54,808 nt of DNA. Source: an uncultured Chloroflexota bacterium (GTDB taxonomy: Bacteria; Chloroflexota; UBA11872). The translations under genes were made by a program, and so were the position numbers. Below are positions 20,517 to 30,570 of this stretch, piece by piece. Positions within the stretch are counted from its first letter, which is position 1. Each line of letters opens with the position of its first letter. The stretch is taken from positions 24,528 through 79,335 of the forward strand of contig CAZFVB010000004.1 of assembly GCA_964522375.1 (NCBI GenBank). Direction: 5' to 3'. Below the pieces are notes generated by a model that had not been told where the DNA came from, did not search any database, and saw nothing but the letters and a program-made list of their open reading frames with translations.

Positions 20517-22268
20517 TTACACGCCTTCACCTTCGGTGACAGACGTCACGCTATCTTCCTGAAGCTTGAACTGCAGGTCGTAGATTTTGCGGTAAGTAGC
20601 GCTGTCAAGGAGCAATTCTTCATGGGTGCCTCGGGCGACAATAACCCCTTCATCTAATACGACGATTTGATCGACTCGGCGAATAGTCGAGAGTCGATGG
20701 GCAATCACGATCGTTGTTCGGTCCAACATTAGTTCTTCAAGTGCCTTTTGGATGGCCTGGTCGGTTCGGGTGTCGACACTTGAAGTGGCTTCGTCCAAAA
20801 CCAGTATCGCGGGTTGGACGAGCATCGCCCGAGCAATTGCGATGCGTTGTCGTTGCCCTCCTGAGAGCCTGACCCCTCGGTCACCAATGACCGTGTCATA
20901 GCCGTCCGGGAGCTCATTGATAAATTCGTCAGCCGCGGCAAGATTTGTCGCGTGCCTTATTTGCTCCATGGAAGCTTCGCTCATTCCAAAACGGAGGTTT
21001 TCAGCGATGGTCATGTTGAAGAGGAAGGTTTCCTGCATAACCATCCCGATGCTAGACCGAAGCTCGTTTAGCCGAACATCTCGAAGGTCGTGGCCATCTA
21101 TCCGGATAGTCCCTTGGCTCGGGTCATAAAATCTCGGAAGCAAATTGACAAGGGTGCTTTTACCTGAGCCACTGCGGCCCACGATCGCCAGAGACTGTCC
21201 AGCCGGGATGTGCAGAGAGATGTCGCGAAGGATGGGGTCGCTCTCACCGTATTGAAAGGTCACGTTTTCAAACTCTACGTCGCCACGAATATGACCCATC
21301 GACTCTGGCTGGGGAACTTCTTCGACCTCCAGGGGCGTATCGATGATCTGAAAAACTCGCTCGCCCGACGTAATGGCTTGGTGAGAGATTTGAACCGCGA
21401 AGCCTAGAAACCGTGTGGGCGCAAGCATTAGCAAGAGATATCCCTGAAAGGCTACGAGGCCACCCAGGGTGAAGTCGCTATGAACCACACGCCACGCGCC
21501 TACTCCGAGGATAAGCGCCGTAGCGACCCCGGCCAGCAAGTCGATCCCCTGAATGTATAGACCGATGTTTCTGATGGTTTTTGTGCGCAGGTCTCTGAGC
21601 TTTGAGTTCTGCACGTCGAAACGGCGCTCTTGATGATCCTCCCGCGCGAAGGCCTGGATGACCTTGACCCCATTGATCCCCTCGCGAATTTCAACATTGA
21701 CGACTCCCATTTGTTCATTCGCTTGACGAAACAGGGGGACAACCCGGCGTGCTAAAGATTGCAGGGCTAGAAAAAATGGGACGAGCACGAGCAACGAAAC
21801 TGCCAGTACCCAATCGAGGGCCACCATGAACACCAAATTAAACAGAATCATCGCAATGGATGACAGGATCACGGTTCCAGCCATGTTGAAGAAAAACTGG
21901 ATCATATTGACGTCGTTTGTAACCCGGGACATCAAATCTCCCGTCTGATGTCGATCAAAGAAGCTCATAGATTTAGAACTGAGATGCGTGTACAGGTCAT
22001 TTCGAATATCGTGGACTACTCTTTGCCCCACATACCGGGCCGCATAAAGGCGACCGGCCATGACGACGTTTGAGGCAATGACCGCAGCCACGAACAGGCC
22101 AAGAACGACAAAGAGAACAGACAAGTTCTTGCCCAAAACACCGTCGTCGATCGCTATCTTGCTTAGGGTGGGTGGCAGGGTGCGGAGCAAGGACCCAATC
22201 ACAAGAGCGACGACTAGAGTCGCTACGAGTTGTTTTTCCGTCTTTAGATATGCAAGAAGCCGGCCCAA
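20517..22268 (-). CDS. ABC exporter, fused permease/ATPase (heterodimer partner)
   Basis: Walker A GRSGSGKS, LSGGQRQR, LVLDEATS. Abuts the downstream paralog. Confidence 0.93.
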   Translation of the reverse strand: MGRLLAYLKTEKQLVATLVVALVIGSLLRTLPPTLSKIAIDDGVLGKNLSVLFVVLGLFVAAVIASNVVMAGRLYAARYVGQRVVHDIRNDLYTHLSSKSMSFFDRHQTGDLMSRVTNDVNMIQFFFNMAGTVILSSIAMILFNLVFMVALDWVLAVSLLVLVPFFLALQSLARRVVPLFRQANEQMGVVNVEIREGINGVKVIQAFAREDHQERRFDVQNSKLRDLRTKTIRNIGLYIQGIDLLAGVATALILGVGAWRVVHSDFTLGGLVAFQGYLLLMLAPTRFLGFAVQISHQAITSGERVFQIIDTPLEVEEVPQPESMGHIRGDVEFENVTFQYGESDPILRDISLHIPAGQSLAIVGRSGSGKSTLVNLLPRFYDPSQGTIRIDGHDLRDVRLNELRSSIGMVMQETFLFNMTIAENLRFGMSEASMEQIRHATNLAAADEFINELPDGYDTVIGDRGVRLSGGQRQRIAIARAMLVQPAILVLDEATSSVDTRTDQAIQKALEELMLDRTTIVIAHRLSTIRRVDQIVVLDEGVIVARGTHEELLLDSATYRKIYDLQFKLQEDSVTSVTEGEGV

Positions 22269-22421
22269 GGTATGAATTTAAAGCGCTCCACTGCCGTTGA
22301 ACGAAAGGCACGCCGCAACTCGGCAATGCAACGCCATTTTTGCATTATTTAGAAATGCTGTAGTGCGAAGCCTTCCCGAACATTATCGAGACATACATTT
22401 CGTTTCACTAAAATGTCCGAC

Positions 22422-22435
22422 AGGAAATATTTCCT
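22422..22435. promoter_or_regulatory. Perfect 14-bp palindrome AGGAAATATTTCCT in a divergent intergenic region (candidate operator)
   Basis: Self-complementary sequence read directly. It abuts a TTGACC-N17-AATAAT sigma70-like element (22435-22463). Confidence 0.4.
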
Positions 22436-22694
22436 TGACCGAACAACCTGACTTAACAATAATTTTGAGGCGGCGTATGGTCGGGGGGCCTATGGCTAGG
22501 CCGCGGATTGCTGTGGGTATCCCTTCGGAGAAGTGACCATACCAAGATGACGGCCCCGTTGTGTTGATGTTGCCAACGCGTAAGTGTGCGGCTATGCACC
22601 GGGTCAGCAACCCATTACTAAACAAACGCATGCTCTTCCGTGCGTGTCGGGTGCCAGATGTTGTCCGTAGTGTTTATGTCGAGTTGGTTCTTTC

Positions 22695-23822
22695 ATGAAG
22701 CGCCGGCCCCGACGTCGCATACCAATAGGCGAAACCCCCTGGCTTCAAGATGGCTTGTTTAGTGACGAACATGGGGTGATCGCACCTTCCGTGGTTAGAG
22801 AACCGCTGTACCTACAGCCAGTTAGAGAGCGCTCTGCACTCCATCAGTCTCGACGCCTTCGGGAACAGAGATTTCGCAATGTTGTTCAATTTATCTTTGT
22901 TGGGCTGGCGGCCGTGTTGGGAAGTCTCATGCTCGTCAGCATGCTCACGACGATTGAACCCCCTCGGCCGGACACAGGTACTTTTATTAACCAGCTAGGT
23001 GGAAATGGCGTCTCCACGGATAGCGGAGTCATCGAAGGAGCGCAGGCGTTCACCGAAAGCCCATTCACGAGGCCACTGAATTCCCCCATGATTTCTGCCC
23101 AATCCGCCATTCTGATTAATTTAGACGAACGTCTGGTTTTGCATAAAAAGGAAGCCTATGCACGCCGGGCACCGGCCAGTTTTTCCAAGATTGCCCTAGC
23201 GGTAACAGCCCTTGAATACGCTAACCCGGATGAGCAGATCAAGGTTCCCGAAGATGCCCGCGTACAACCAAACCCAAGAATTGGTCTGGTACCTGGGGAG
23301 TCACTTTCTTTACGGGACCTTTTGTACGCACTGCTGTTGCCGTCCGGAAATGACGCGGCGGAAGCCATTGTGGCTGGGACGGGTGACCACGCCCACGTCG
23401 TGCACAAAATGAAATTGCTGGTTGAGCAACTAGGCCTCAACGACACTCGATTTGTTAATCCTGCTGGCTTCGACGCCGAGGACCAATACACGACGGCATA
23501 CGATGCGGCAGTGCTCGCGACGCATGCCATGGACCGATTCCCACTGCTTGCAGAAATCGTATCCACCCGAAGCTATGTAATCCCTGAGCGAACACATAAC
23601 CGGTCATACAGTTTGAAAAATTTAAACGAGCTTCTTTGGTCTTATGACGGAGCCACCGGCATGAAGACAGGCACTACGGACGAGGCCGGACAAAACCTGA
23701 TTGCCAGTGCTACACGAAATGGAGACACCCTGATGGTCGTTGTGATGGGCAGCGCCGATCGTGTAGAAGATGCCAGAACGTTACTTGACTTTGGGTTTCG
23801 AGCCATTCAGGCGCAGGGCTAA
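22695..23822 (+). CDS. D-alanyl-D-alanine carboxypeptidase (peptidase S11) with N-terminal membrane anchor
   Basis: SxxK (ASFSKI), SxN (SGND) and KTG (KTGTT) penicillin-binding-protein motifs. Confidence 0.92.
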   Translation: MKRRPRRRIPIGETPWLQDGLFSDEHGVIAPSVVREPLYLQPVRERSALHQSRRLREQRFRNVVQFIFVGLAAVLGSLMLVSMLTTIEPPRPDTGTFINQLGGNGVSTDSGVIEGAQAFTESPFTRPLNSPMISAQSAILINLDERLVLHKKEAYARRAPASFSKIALAVTALEYANPDEQIKVPEDARVQPNPRIGLVPGESLSLRDLLYALLLPSGNDAAEAIVAGTGDHAHVVHKMKLLVEQLGLNDTRFVNPAGFDAEDQYTTAYDAAVLATHAMDRFPLLAEIVSTRSYVIPERTHNRSYSLKNLNELLWSYDGATGMKTGTTDEAGQNLIASATRNGDTLMVVVMGSADRVEDARTLLDFGFRAIQAQG

Positions 23823-24046
23823 TGGGAAAGATTGGATTGATCGGATCTATATTTCAGACGTCGTAATCACGTATCCTTTGACCGTACCGTTTTTGGTCAG
23901 ATGAAGAGCTTGCTGCTTAGTTGTCGTGCTTTTGCCGACGATTTCAGCAAACACGGTTGGTTTGATGCCACAATGTGGTTAATCAAACCAGACACCGTAG
24001 CTGGTTCCTTGGCCATACATTCACTCGTGCCACAGAGAGGCAGGAA

Positions 24047-24274
24047 ATGCCCTTAAACATCGGACCCCTAGAACTTGTCATTATTCTGCTTATTGTGATT
24101 GCCCTCTTCGGCGCAGGAAGAATCGCGGGCGTAGGTAGCGCGTTGGGAAAGAGCGTGCGTGAATTCCGCGAAGAAGCGCGTTCTGAAGATGAAGAGGGTG
24201 AAGACGGCGACGACGATGGCGAGGAGTCAACTGTAGCTGAAGGTTCGGAGTCTTCGACGAAAAAGGAAGAGTGA
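24047..24274 (+). CDS. tatA: Twin-arginine translocase subunit TatA
   Basis: MPLNIGPLELVIILLIVIALFGAGRI...LGKSVREFR with an acidic tail. ATG 24047 after GAGGCAGGA. Confidence 0.95.
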   Translation: MPLNIGPLELVIILLIVIALFGAGRIAGVGSALGKSVREFREEARSEDEEGEDGDDDGEESTVAEGSESSTKKEE

Positions 24275-24334
24275 CATTTCCCGAGTGGTTGGCCGTTCTT
24301 CAACCTCCGGCACTCAGTACGTCTTTCGCCTTTC

Positions 24335-25333
24335 ATGCCGGGCATAGTCCCTCAGATCGTCTTTGAGCCTAATGGTGACGTTTCTATTGGTGGTCTGCGG
24401 CTACCCAAACCCTCTACCAGTCAAGTTCTGGTTCGTTCACGAAAGACCCAGGTAAGTGCAGGGACAGAGCGAAACACTTTAGAACTCCGGCGGGAAAAGT
24501 CAGAGCCCACCGGGTATACAAGCGTCGGAGTAATCGAAGAAATTGGTTCGGGCGTAGAGGGTTATACCGTTGGTGATCGCGTTGTGACCATCACCCCTCA
24601 TCAGGGAGCCGCATTGGTCGATATAGATCAGCTAACCAATATGGATGGCTATCTTGGCGTAATCCCAGATGATGTTTCAGACTCGCAGGCCACCTTTGCG
24701 GTGCTTGGAGACGTAGCACTTCACGGTGTTCGTCGGGCCCAGCCATACCTTGGGGAATCGGTCGCTGTTTTTGGACAAGGTCTTGTGGGTCAACTGACAA
24801 CGTCTTTTGCTGTACTTGCAGGAGCAGATCCCGTCATTGCTGTAGATGTCCTGGATGAACGCCTTGAGATGGCTCGGGTTTCGGGAGCAACCGCGACCGT
24901 GAATGCCCGTGAGACAGACGCGATTGGAGCTGTACACGATTTGACGAATGGTGGGGCTCGGGTTGTTTTTATGGCCGCTCGAGACCCGTCCGTTATGTCA
25001 AGCAGTCTTAAGTCCGCGGCCAAAGGCGGCACCGTATGCCTGACGGGAAGTCCGCCTGGAACGGTTGAACTGAACCTGCAGGATGAAATTCTGCGACACG
25101 AGTTGAATCTCATTGGAAACTACCAGAAGGATTATCCGGTCACCCCGTACCATAGGTTTCAGTGGACACGGTCAGCTAACCGGTCCTACATCCTCAATAT
25201 GATTGCCAAAGGACGTCTTAAAGTTGACCACCTGATCAGTCATGACGTTTCGTACACAAGAGCCTCAGAGATCTACAGCATGATTTCGAAAGGACCAGAG
25301 GGATGGCTCGGGGTGCTGTTCGATTGGACCTGA
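24335..25333 (+). CDS. Medium-chain dehydrogenase/reductase (zinc-binding alcohol dehydrogenase superfamily)
   Basis: VSAGTE and GYTSVG (variant of GHExxG) motifs, Rossmann GQGLVG. Confidence 0.85.
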   Translation: MPGIVPQIVFEPNGDVSIGGLRLPKPSTSQVLVRSRKTQVSAGTERNTLELRREKSEPTGYTSVGVIEEIGSGVEGYTVGDRVVTITPHQGAALVDIDQLTNMDGYLGVIPDDVSDSQATFAVLGDVALHGVRRAQPYLGESVAVFGQGLVGQLTTSFAVLAGADPVIAVDVLDERLEMARVSGATATVNARETDAIGAVHDLTNGGARVVFMAARDPSVMSSSLKSAAKGGTVCLTGSPPGTVELNLQDEILRHELNLIGNYQKDYPVTPYHRFQWTRSANRSYILNMIAKGRLKVDHLISHDVSYTRASEIYSMISKGPEGWLGVLFDWT

Positions 25334-25358
25334 GTGCCACGTGACTGAACCGCGGACC

Positions 25359-25382
25359 AGGGGCATTTGGTGTTTTGCCCCT
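25359..25382. terminator. Stem-loop between convergent genes (possible terminator)
   Basis: AGGGGCA-N10-TGCCCCT 7-bp inverted repeat. No clean U-tract directly after it on either strand. Confidence 0.3.
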
Positions 25383-25417
25383 CAGAAAAGAGTCCTACTG
25401 GTCGAGGAGATACGTAC

Positions 25418-26473
25418 CTAGAGATCCCGGGGTACGTTTAAAGGCTCTTCCTTCAGCACATGTGCCGCTGCCAGGCCACGTTCTGAACTGGGACTGTTAT
25501 TCACGATCCGTTGCAGCTGTAGTACGGCGTGTGCGTCGCCCTGCCGGGCCTTGTCCACCATGTCAGCAAATCCTTGCTCACCATATGAGTTGTCCTTGGG
25601 AGACACCGGTCCATCACGATCGAGCCAATAATGCTGAAGCGTCGCATCTGTCCATGCAGCATAGATTTCGTCCCAACTAATGACAGGGGGATCGCCTTGC
25701 AAGTGCGGCTCCAACATGTGTTCGGCGACCGGGTTGAGATCTGACTGATACCGGTTATCAAGAGAGACACGAAGACGATCCTCGGTAACGTTGGGCAAGG
25801 CCCGGTGTAACGTCAGACTATGAAAAAGCAACGCATCACCAGGCTCGTAATCTATCGAATGCCAGCCTCCACGCTGCTCAGCCCCTTCTACTACCAGAGA
25901 CCCCGCGCCGAGCGAAAACTTATGATCCAGAACTTTTCCTACATGATGAGATTGTGGAAGCACAGCTAATCCACCGAGTTCAATCGGGCACTCACCAACA
26001 GGGGCCCAACACGTATAGGTGTCAAAGCTTCCCTGGAAGTGAACGAAGTCCTGGTGGACGGGGGTCGTGTGCTCGGTGAACTGCGGAAACCAAATGCGTG
26101 CAATTTTTGCCGGATGTGGAAAAACAGGCCCGTCAACAATCTTTCCCATTACATCAAGTGCGGATGGCCAATGACCAGCTTCATGGAAGGACTGCAGGCT
26201 ATACACCTGGTGGTAGACGTCGGTGTAGCCCGGATCGCCTTCGGTGCATTTCCTGGACACGTCGGCGATACCATCCATGGGGTCTGTATCGGCCACCAAC
26301 CATCCACCATTCTGGATCACCGTGAGCATGTCCTTGCGTAACGCCAGAACTGCATCAGGATCGAAGAGTCTCTTAATGAAGAGATACCCATCTCTTTTCA
26401 TCCGCGCTCGAAGTTCAACCGGATCATTAAGCGCGTCGTTTGCCGCCGTCAGCGTTTTTAGCTCAGTGGACAT
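25418..26473 (-). CDS. Phytanoyl-CoA dioxygenase (PhyH) family Fe(II)/2-oxoglutarate dioxygenase
   Basis: HxD (TPVHQDF) and distal His (FHSLTLHRALPN) facial triad, RVSLDNRY. Confidence 0.9.
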   Translation of the reverse strand: MSTELKTLTAANDALNDPVELRARMKRDGYLFIKRLFDPDAVLALRKDMLTVIQNGGWLVADTDPMDGIADVSRKCTEGDPGYTDVYHQVYSLQSFHEAGHWPSALDVMGKIVDGPVFPHPAKIARIWFPQFTEHTTPVHQDFVHFQGSFDTYTCWAPVGECPIELGGLAVLPQSHHVGKVLDHKFSLGAGSLVVEGAEQRGGWHSIDYEPGDALLFHSLTLHRALPNVTEDRLRVSLDNRYQSDLNPVAEHMLEPHLQGDPPVISWDEIYAAWTDATLQHYWLDRDGPVSPKDNSYGEQGFADMVDKARQGDAHAVLQLQRIVNNSPSSERGLAAAHVLKEEPLNVPRDL

Positions 26474-26564
26474 CTGATTTCTCCGAAAGATCCCGCGGTT
26501 TCGGCGCTGAGAATGGTAACCATGCGCAGCACTGGTGGCCAGAGCACAACTCCGGAACTAGATG

Positions 26565-27944
26565 TCAGGCGCTAGATCGCCACTGTAGATGCGCCCGCCG
26601 GGCCTTTCGGTTGGGTCGGCTGCCCTGAAGGTGCGTAGAGCCTGTCTGAGCCGCCACGAGTTCTGGCTGCTCAGACTTTGGGCTCCGCTCAGAGGATTGA
26701 CTGAACCGTCGTCGGTTCCGGCGCATTCGTCTTTCTGACGAAGGGACGCTATCACCCCTGCCAAAAGACCCGTCCGTATTGCCTTCATGCTTGTCAGCCA
26801 TCGAGGCCTCTTGTTCTGGTGAAACTCCATTCAACACGCCTACGTTCGGGCGTGAAAAAGAAGCCTTGATGCCCAGTTCACGATCCAACTTGCGCGCCTC
26901 TCGAGTCTCTTCGGGATGTACAAGAGAAACCACGAGTCCCTCGCGGCCGGCTCGGGCAGTCCGTCCAGACCGATGCACATAGGTCTTGGTGTCGGCGGGC
27001 GGGTCGTAGTGCAGGACCACGGCGACGGCATCGACATGAATCCCTCTGGCGGCGACGTCTGTGGCTACCAGGGCCTGTACGTGGCCAGAAGAAAATTGAT
27101 TAAGAGCTCGCGCTCGTTGATTCTGAGTTCGGCTGCCGTGGATGGTCGCTACGTTTATATCGAAACGGCTCAGTTGCTTCGCGAGTCTATTTGCGCCATG
27201 GCGTGTTCTACAGAAGACCAAAGCCGGCGAGACAGTTTTCAAAACATCTGCCGTTACCCGCAGCCGTTCACTTTTCGGCACCGACCAAAAGAAGTGGCGC
27301 GCGGATGATATGTCGGGTGACTCATTGCCGATGGCGTGGTGTACAGGATCTCGTTGATATGCCTTAGTAAACTTTTCAACGTCTCGGTCCAAAGTCGCGG
27401 AAAACAGAAAGGTCTGCCGTTCCTTCGATGTTTGGTCCAGCAGGCGCTTTACAGCAGGCATGAACCCCATATCTACCATTCGGTCAGCTTCGTCAAGGAC
27501 GACCCGCGTTACAGCCGATAGATCGACCCGCCCCTGCGCAATAAGGTCCTCGAGCCGACCAGGACATGCCACGAGAACTTCAATTCCTCGTTGAAGCATT
27601 TTGTACTGCTGGCCGTACCCTACCCCGCCGTACACAGCGCCCACACGCACATCGTCAGCAAACGAACGTAGTACCACCGTGATTTGTTCGGCGAGCTCAC
27701 GTGTCGGCGCTAGAACTAGCGCGTGGGGCTGTTTGGAGTTGGCTCGTTCAAGGTTGCTAACCAAAGGGATACCAAACGCGATGGTCTTACCAGAACCCGT
27801 CGGGGCTCGACCGCAGACATCCCTACCATCAAGTCCATCGGTAATCGTGGCGGATTGGATTTCAAACGGGACAGAAATACCATCACGCTCAAGAGCACGA
27901 CAAATGCGTGCAGAAACGCCCAATTGGGCAAAAGTAACTGACAT
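26565..27944 (-). CDS. DEAD-box ATP-dependent RNA helicase (RhlE-like)
   Basis: Q motif, APTGSGKT, PTRELA, LDEADRM, SAT, ATDVAARG and HRSGRTAR motifs, basic C-terminal tail. Start taken at ATG 27944. Confidence 0.95.
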   Translation of the reverse strand: MSVTFAQLGVSARICRALERDGISVPFEIQSATITDGLDGRDVCGRAPTGSGKTIAFGIPLVSNLERANSKQPHALVLAPTRELAEQITVVLRSFADDVRVGAVYGGVGYGQQYKMLQRGIEVLVACPGRLEDLIAQGRVDLSAVTRVVLDEADRMVDMGFMPAVKRLLDQTSKERQTFLFSATLDRDVEKFTKAYQRDPVHHAIGNESPDISSARHFFWSVPKSERLRVTADVLKTVSPALVFCRTRHGANRLAKQLSRFDINVATIHGSRTQNQRARALNQFSSGHVQALVATDVAARGIHVDAVAVVLHYDPPADTKTYVHRSGRTARAGREGLVVSLVHPEETREARKLDRELGIKASFSRPNVGVLNGVSPEQEASMADKHEGNTDGSFGRGDSVPSSERRMRRNRRRFSQSSERSPKSEQPELVAAQTGSTHLQGSRPNRKARRAHLQWRSSA

Positions 27945-28182
27945 AAAACTCCCAGTCGCATGCAACGGCGACAAACAAACGCCGTGGCAATTCAGGGCGC
28001 AACGTAGATTCGCGGATATTCAGGAATGGTTCACTATGACTGATGCAGAAAGCTTTTGTCCGCGAACCCGCTGGTGTATTGCTCTTCCAGCGATGTACAC
28101 ATGGTAAACGCATTTGATCGGAAACTGCGACAATTATTTGGACTGTTGATGATGAAAACAACTTTGAACCAATGACGAACTT

Positions 28183-28845
28183 ATGTGCACCTCCCACGGG
28201 TCTGCGGCGGCCATGGCAATGAGGACGCCTGCTGTCCTTCGGGCGATCGAATCACTGGCCCATGGACGCATGGTCCTAGCTGTTGATGACAAGGACCGAG
28301 AAGACGAGGCTGATCTTGTTATTGCCGCGGACTTTGCCACGCCTGAAGCCTTGACGTTCATGGCACACACCGGGGGAGGCCTGATCTGTGTTGCAATGAC
28401 CGGTGAGCGTCTGGACGACCTTGAGATTGGCTTGATGGTGCCGATCCATCAGAACACGGCGTTACTTCAAACCGCCTTTACCGTCTCTGTCGACGTTGTT
28501 GATGGCGCCACCACAGGAATTTCCGCCTTCGATCGAGCCCTTACGATTCAGGCGCTTGTTGCTGCCGAAACAAAGCCTTCAGACCTGGCCCGTCCTGGCC
28601 ACATATTCCCGCTACGCGCCCACGACAATGGTGTGCTGGGTAGACGAGGCCAGACTGAAATGGGTGTGGACTTGACGCGTCTTGCCGGATGCACGCCCGC
28701 AGCAGTGATCTGTGAATTAATGGGGTCTGATGGAAACATGACCCGCGGCTCAGACCTTCAACAATTCTCCCGTGAACACGATCTTCCAATCGTCAGCGTG
28801 GAAGAAGTTGTCGCATATCGGCAGTCGATGGGTGGAAATTCCTAG
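28183..28845 (+). CDS. ribB: 3,4-dihydroxy-2-butanone-4-phosphate synthase (stand-alone)
   Basis: DDKDREDEADL, TAFTVSVD, TGISAFDR, RPGHIFPL and AAVICE motifs. Exact start uncertain. Confidence 0.92.
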   Translation: MCTSHGSAAAMAMRTPAVLRAIESLAHGRMVLAVDDKDREDEADLVIAADFATPEALTFMAHTGGGLICVAMTGERLDDLEIGLMVPIHQNTALLQTAFTVSVDVVDGATTGISAFDRALTIQALVAAETKPSDLARPGHIFPLRAHDNGVLGRRGQTEMGVDLTRLAGCTPAAVICELMGSDGNMTRGSDLQQFSREHDLPIVSVEEVVAYRQSMGGNS

Positions 28846-28961
28846 AACGAAGAACGCTGATATCAAGATCAATGCGCTGCGTACCTTGGAATTACGTGCA
28901 CGTTTACTGGAATACTTAAGGTGCAACATTCTGACAGCGTTGTTAGCCGGGAGTAGTGCTC

Positions 28962-29702
28962 ATGCAGTCCGTAAACATTTCCTTTCTTGGCCATGCTTCC
29001 TTTCGATTCACGACTGCCAGCAATGAGGTGATTTACTTCGATCCGTGGCTTGATGACAACCCGTCGTGTGCCGTGTCCATTGCGGATATTGATCGGGCGG
29101 ATGTGGTCTGCGTTTCTCACGGGCATGTCGACCATCTAGGTGATGCAATCGCACTCGTAAAAAAGACCGGAGCGACACTTATTGCAAGCCCGGAAATTGC
29201 CGGCTACGCCTCAACGCATGGGATCGGGTATGACACCGACTCGATCCCCCTGAATATAGGGGGCTCTGTCGGGCTTGGGTCAGTCACATACACCATGGTT
29301 CGTGCTGACCATTCCACGGGGCTACATGGCGATGCGTATAAAGACGGAACAATCTATGCGGAGCCCGATGGAAGTGTCTGTGGATTTGTTCTAACAGTTC
29401 AGGATGGCCCGGTAATTTATGACACCGCGGACACAGGAGTGTTTGGCGACATGGCGTTGATTAGCCAGATGTATGCCCCGGACCTCGTTATCATGCCCGT
29501 CGGTGGCAAGTACACCATGGGTGTGAAAGAAGCTTCCGTGGCGGCCGGCTTGATGCGGCCAGAAGCGGTGATCCCCTGCCACTACGATACGTTCCCCAAC
29601 CAGGCTGCTGACCTCAAGGACCTGAAAGACCGAATAGACCTACTCACTCCCCGAACCCGACTGTTGCCTATGAAGCCTGGGAGCGAAATCAGCTTTCCGT
29701 AA
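28962..29702 (+). CDS. Metallo-beta-lactamase-fold metal-dependent hydrolase (UPF0173-like)
   Basis: FLGHASF, SHGHVDHLGD (HxHxDH) and IPCHYDTFP motifs. ATG 28962 after GGGAG. Confidence 0.9.
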   Translation: MQSVNISFLGHASFRFTTASNEVIYFDPWLDDNPSCAVSIADIDRADVVCVSHGHVDHLGDAIALVKKTGATLIASPEIAGYASTHGIGYDTDSIPLNIGGSVGLGSVTYTMVRADHSTGLHGDAYKDGTIYAEPDGSVCGFVLTVQDGPVIYDTADTGVFGDMALISQMYAPDLVIMPVGGKYTMGVKEASVAAGLMRPEAVIPCHYDTFPNQAADLKDLKDRIDLLTPRTRLLPMKPGSEISFP

Positions 29703-29729
29703 GTCAGGTGAAGGTGGCAGAGATCGGGG

Positions 29730-30563
29730 CTAGGAATCTCCTGACGTCGGGACACTCAATGACAGCCGTTCGAACGCCAACGCGGCGTGCTGAAATGGAT
29801 CGTAGTCAGGGCGAGCCTGCACCTGCATGGAGATCTCAACGGTTTGGTATCCGTTGTAACCAGTGGCTGCCATCAACCCAAATTCATAGGCGTAGTCATA
29901 GGTGTCTTCGCCGGGAGTTAAGAAGCGGAAATTCGGCTCAACTCCGTCTACGCCCTTGAGGTGAGTGTTTACAGAGTACGCCCCGAGCATCGACACACAT
30001 GTTTCAACTGGAATTCCTTGCGCTAAGAAATGGCTGTTATCGAAATTCACCTTTAAAGCAGACGAGGAAACCTTTTCCAGTAGCTCTAGCATCTGGTCCG
30101 GAGTGTGCAGGGCCTGGCCCACGTGAGGCTCGATTGCCAAGAGGATCCCTGATTCTTCGGCCAGGCGCGCCAAATCACCTACTCGGTCTACCAGCACATC
30201 ACGGATAGACGCCCATGTTCCCGACTCGCCACCTACCGTGGTGATGACAACAGGCGGGGCATGCATTCCAAGATCCAATGCCAGTTCCATGGATCCCTTG
30301 ATCCTCTTCATGCTCTGCTGGTGAGCGTATTTTTCAGTAAGCAGGAGGGAAGAATGAGCAGCAATTGCGGGCAACTCTAGTGCATGGGTTGCATAAAGCG
30401 ACCGTATAAGGGTTCGCCGCTTGGCATTGAGGGACTCTAGCTTGGTGGGGAATCGCTCAGCGACGGCCAATTCAACACCCTGGTATCCGATTGCTGCTAG
30501 AGCGGGGATTGCATCCTCAATGTCTACCGTAGCCATTCCCCACGTACTGAATCCGAGTTTCAT
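29730..30563 (-). CDS. Sugar phosphate isomerase/epimerase (xylose-isomerase-like TIM barrel)
   Basis: AIEPH, NFDNSH, THLKG and TVE metal-ligand pattern. Confidence 0.87.
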   Translation of the reverse strand: MKLGFSTWGMATVDIEDAIPALAAIGYQGVELAVAERFPTKLESLNAKRRTLIRSLYATHALELPAIAAHSSLLLTEKYAHQQSMKRIKGSMELALDLGMHAPPVVITTVGGESGTWASIRDVLVDRVGDLARLAEESGILLAIEPHVGQALHTPDQMLELLEKVSSSALKVNFDNSHFLAQGIPVETCVSMLGAYSVNTHLKGVDGVEPNFRFLTPGEDTYDYAYEFGLMAATGYNGYQTVEISMQVQARPDYDPFQHAALAFERLSLSVPTSGDS

Positions 30564-30570
30564 AAGCCCC

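Noticed and set aside
27945-28182. Possible FMN riboswitch upstream of ribB
   Set aside because: The conserved RFN segments (AGGGTGAAATTCCC...AGTCTGGATG) are absent. Only two short hairpins (ACGGCG/CGCCGT, CGCTGG/CCAGCG) are present.
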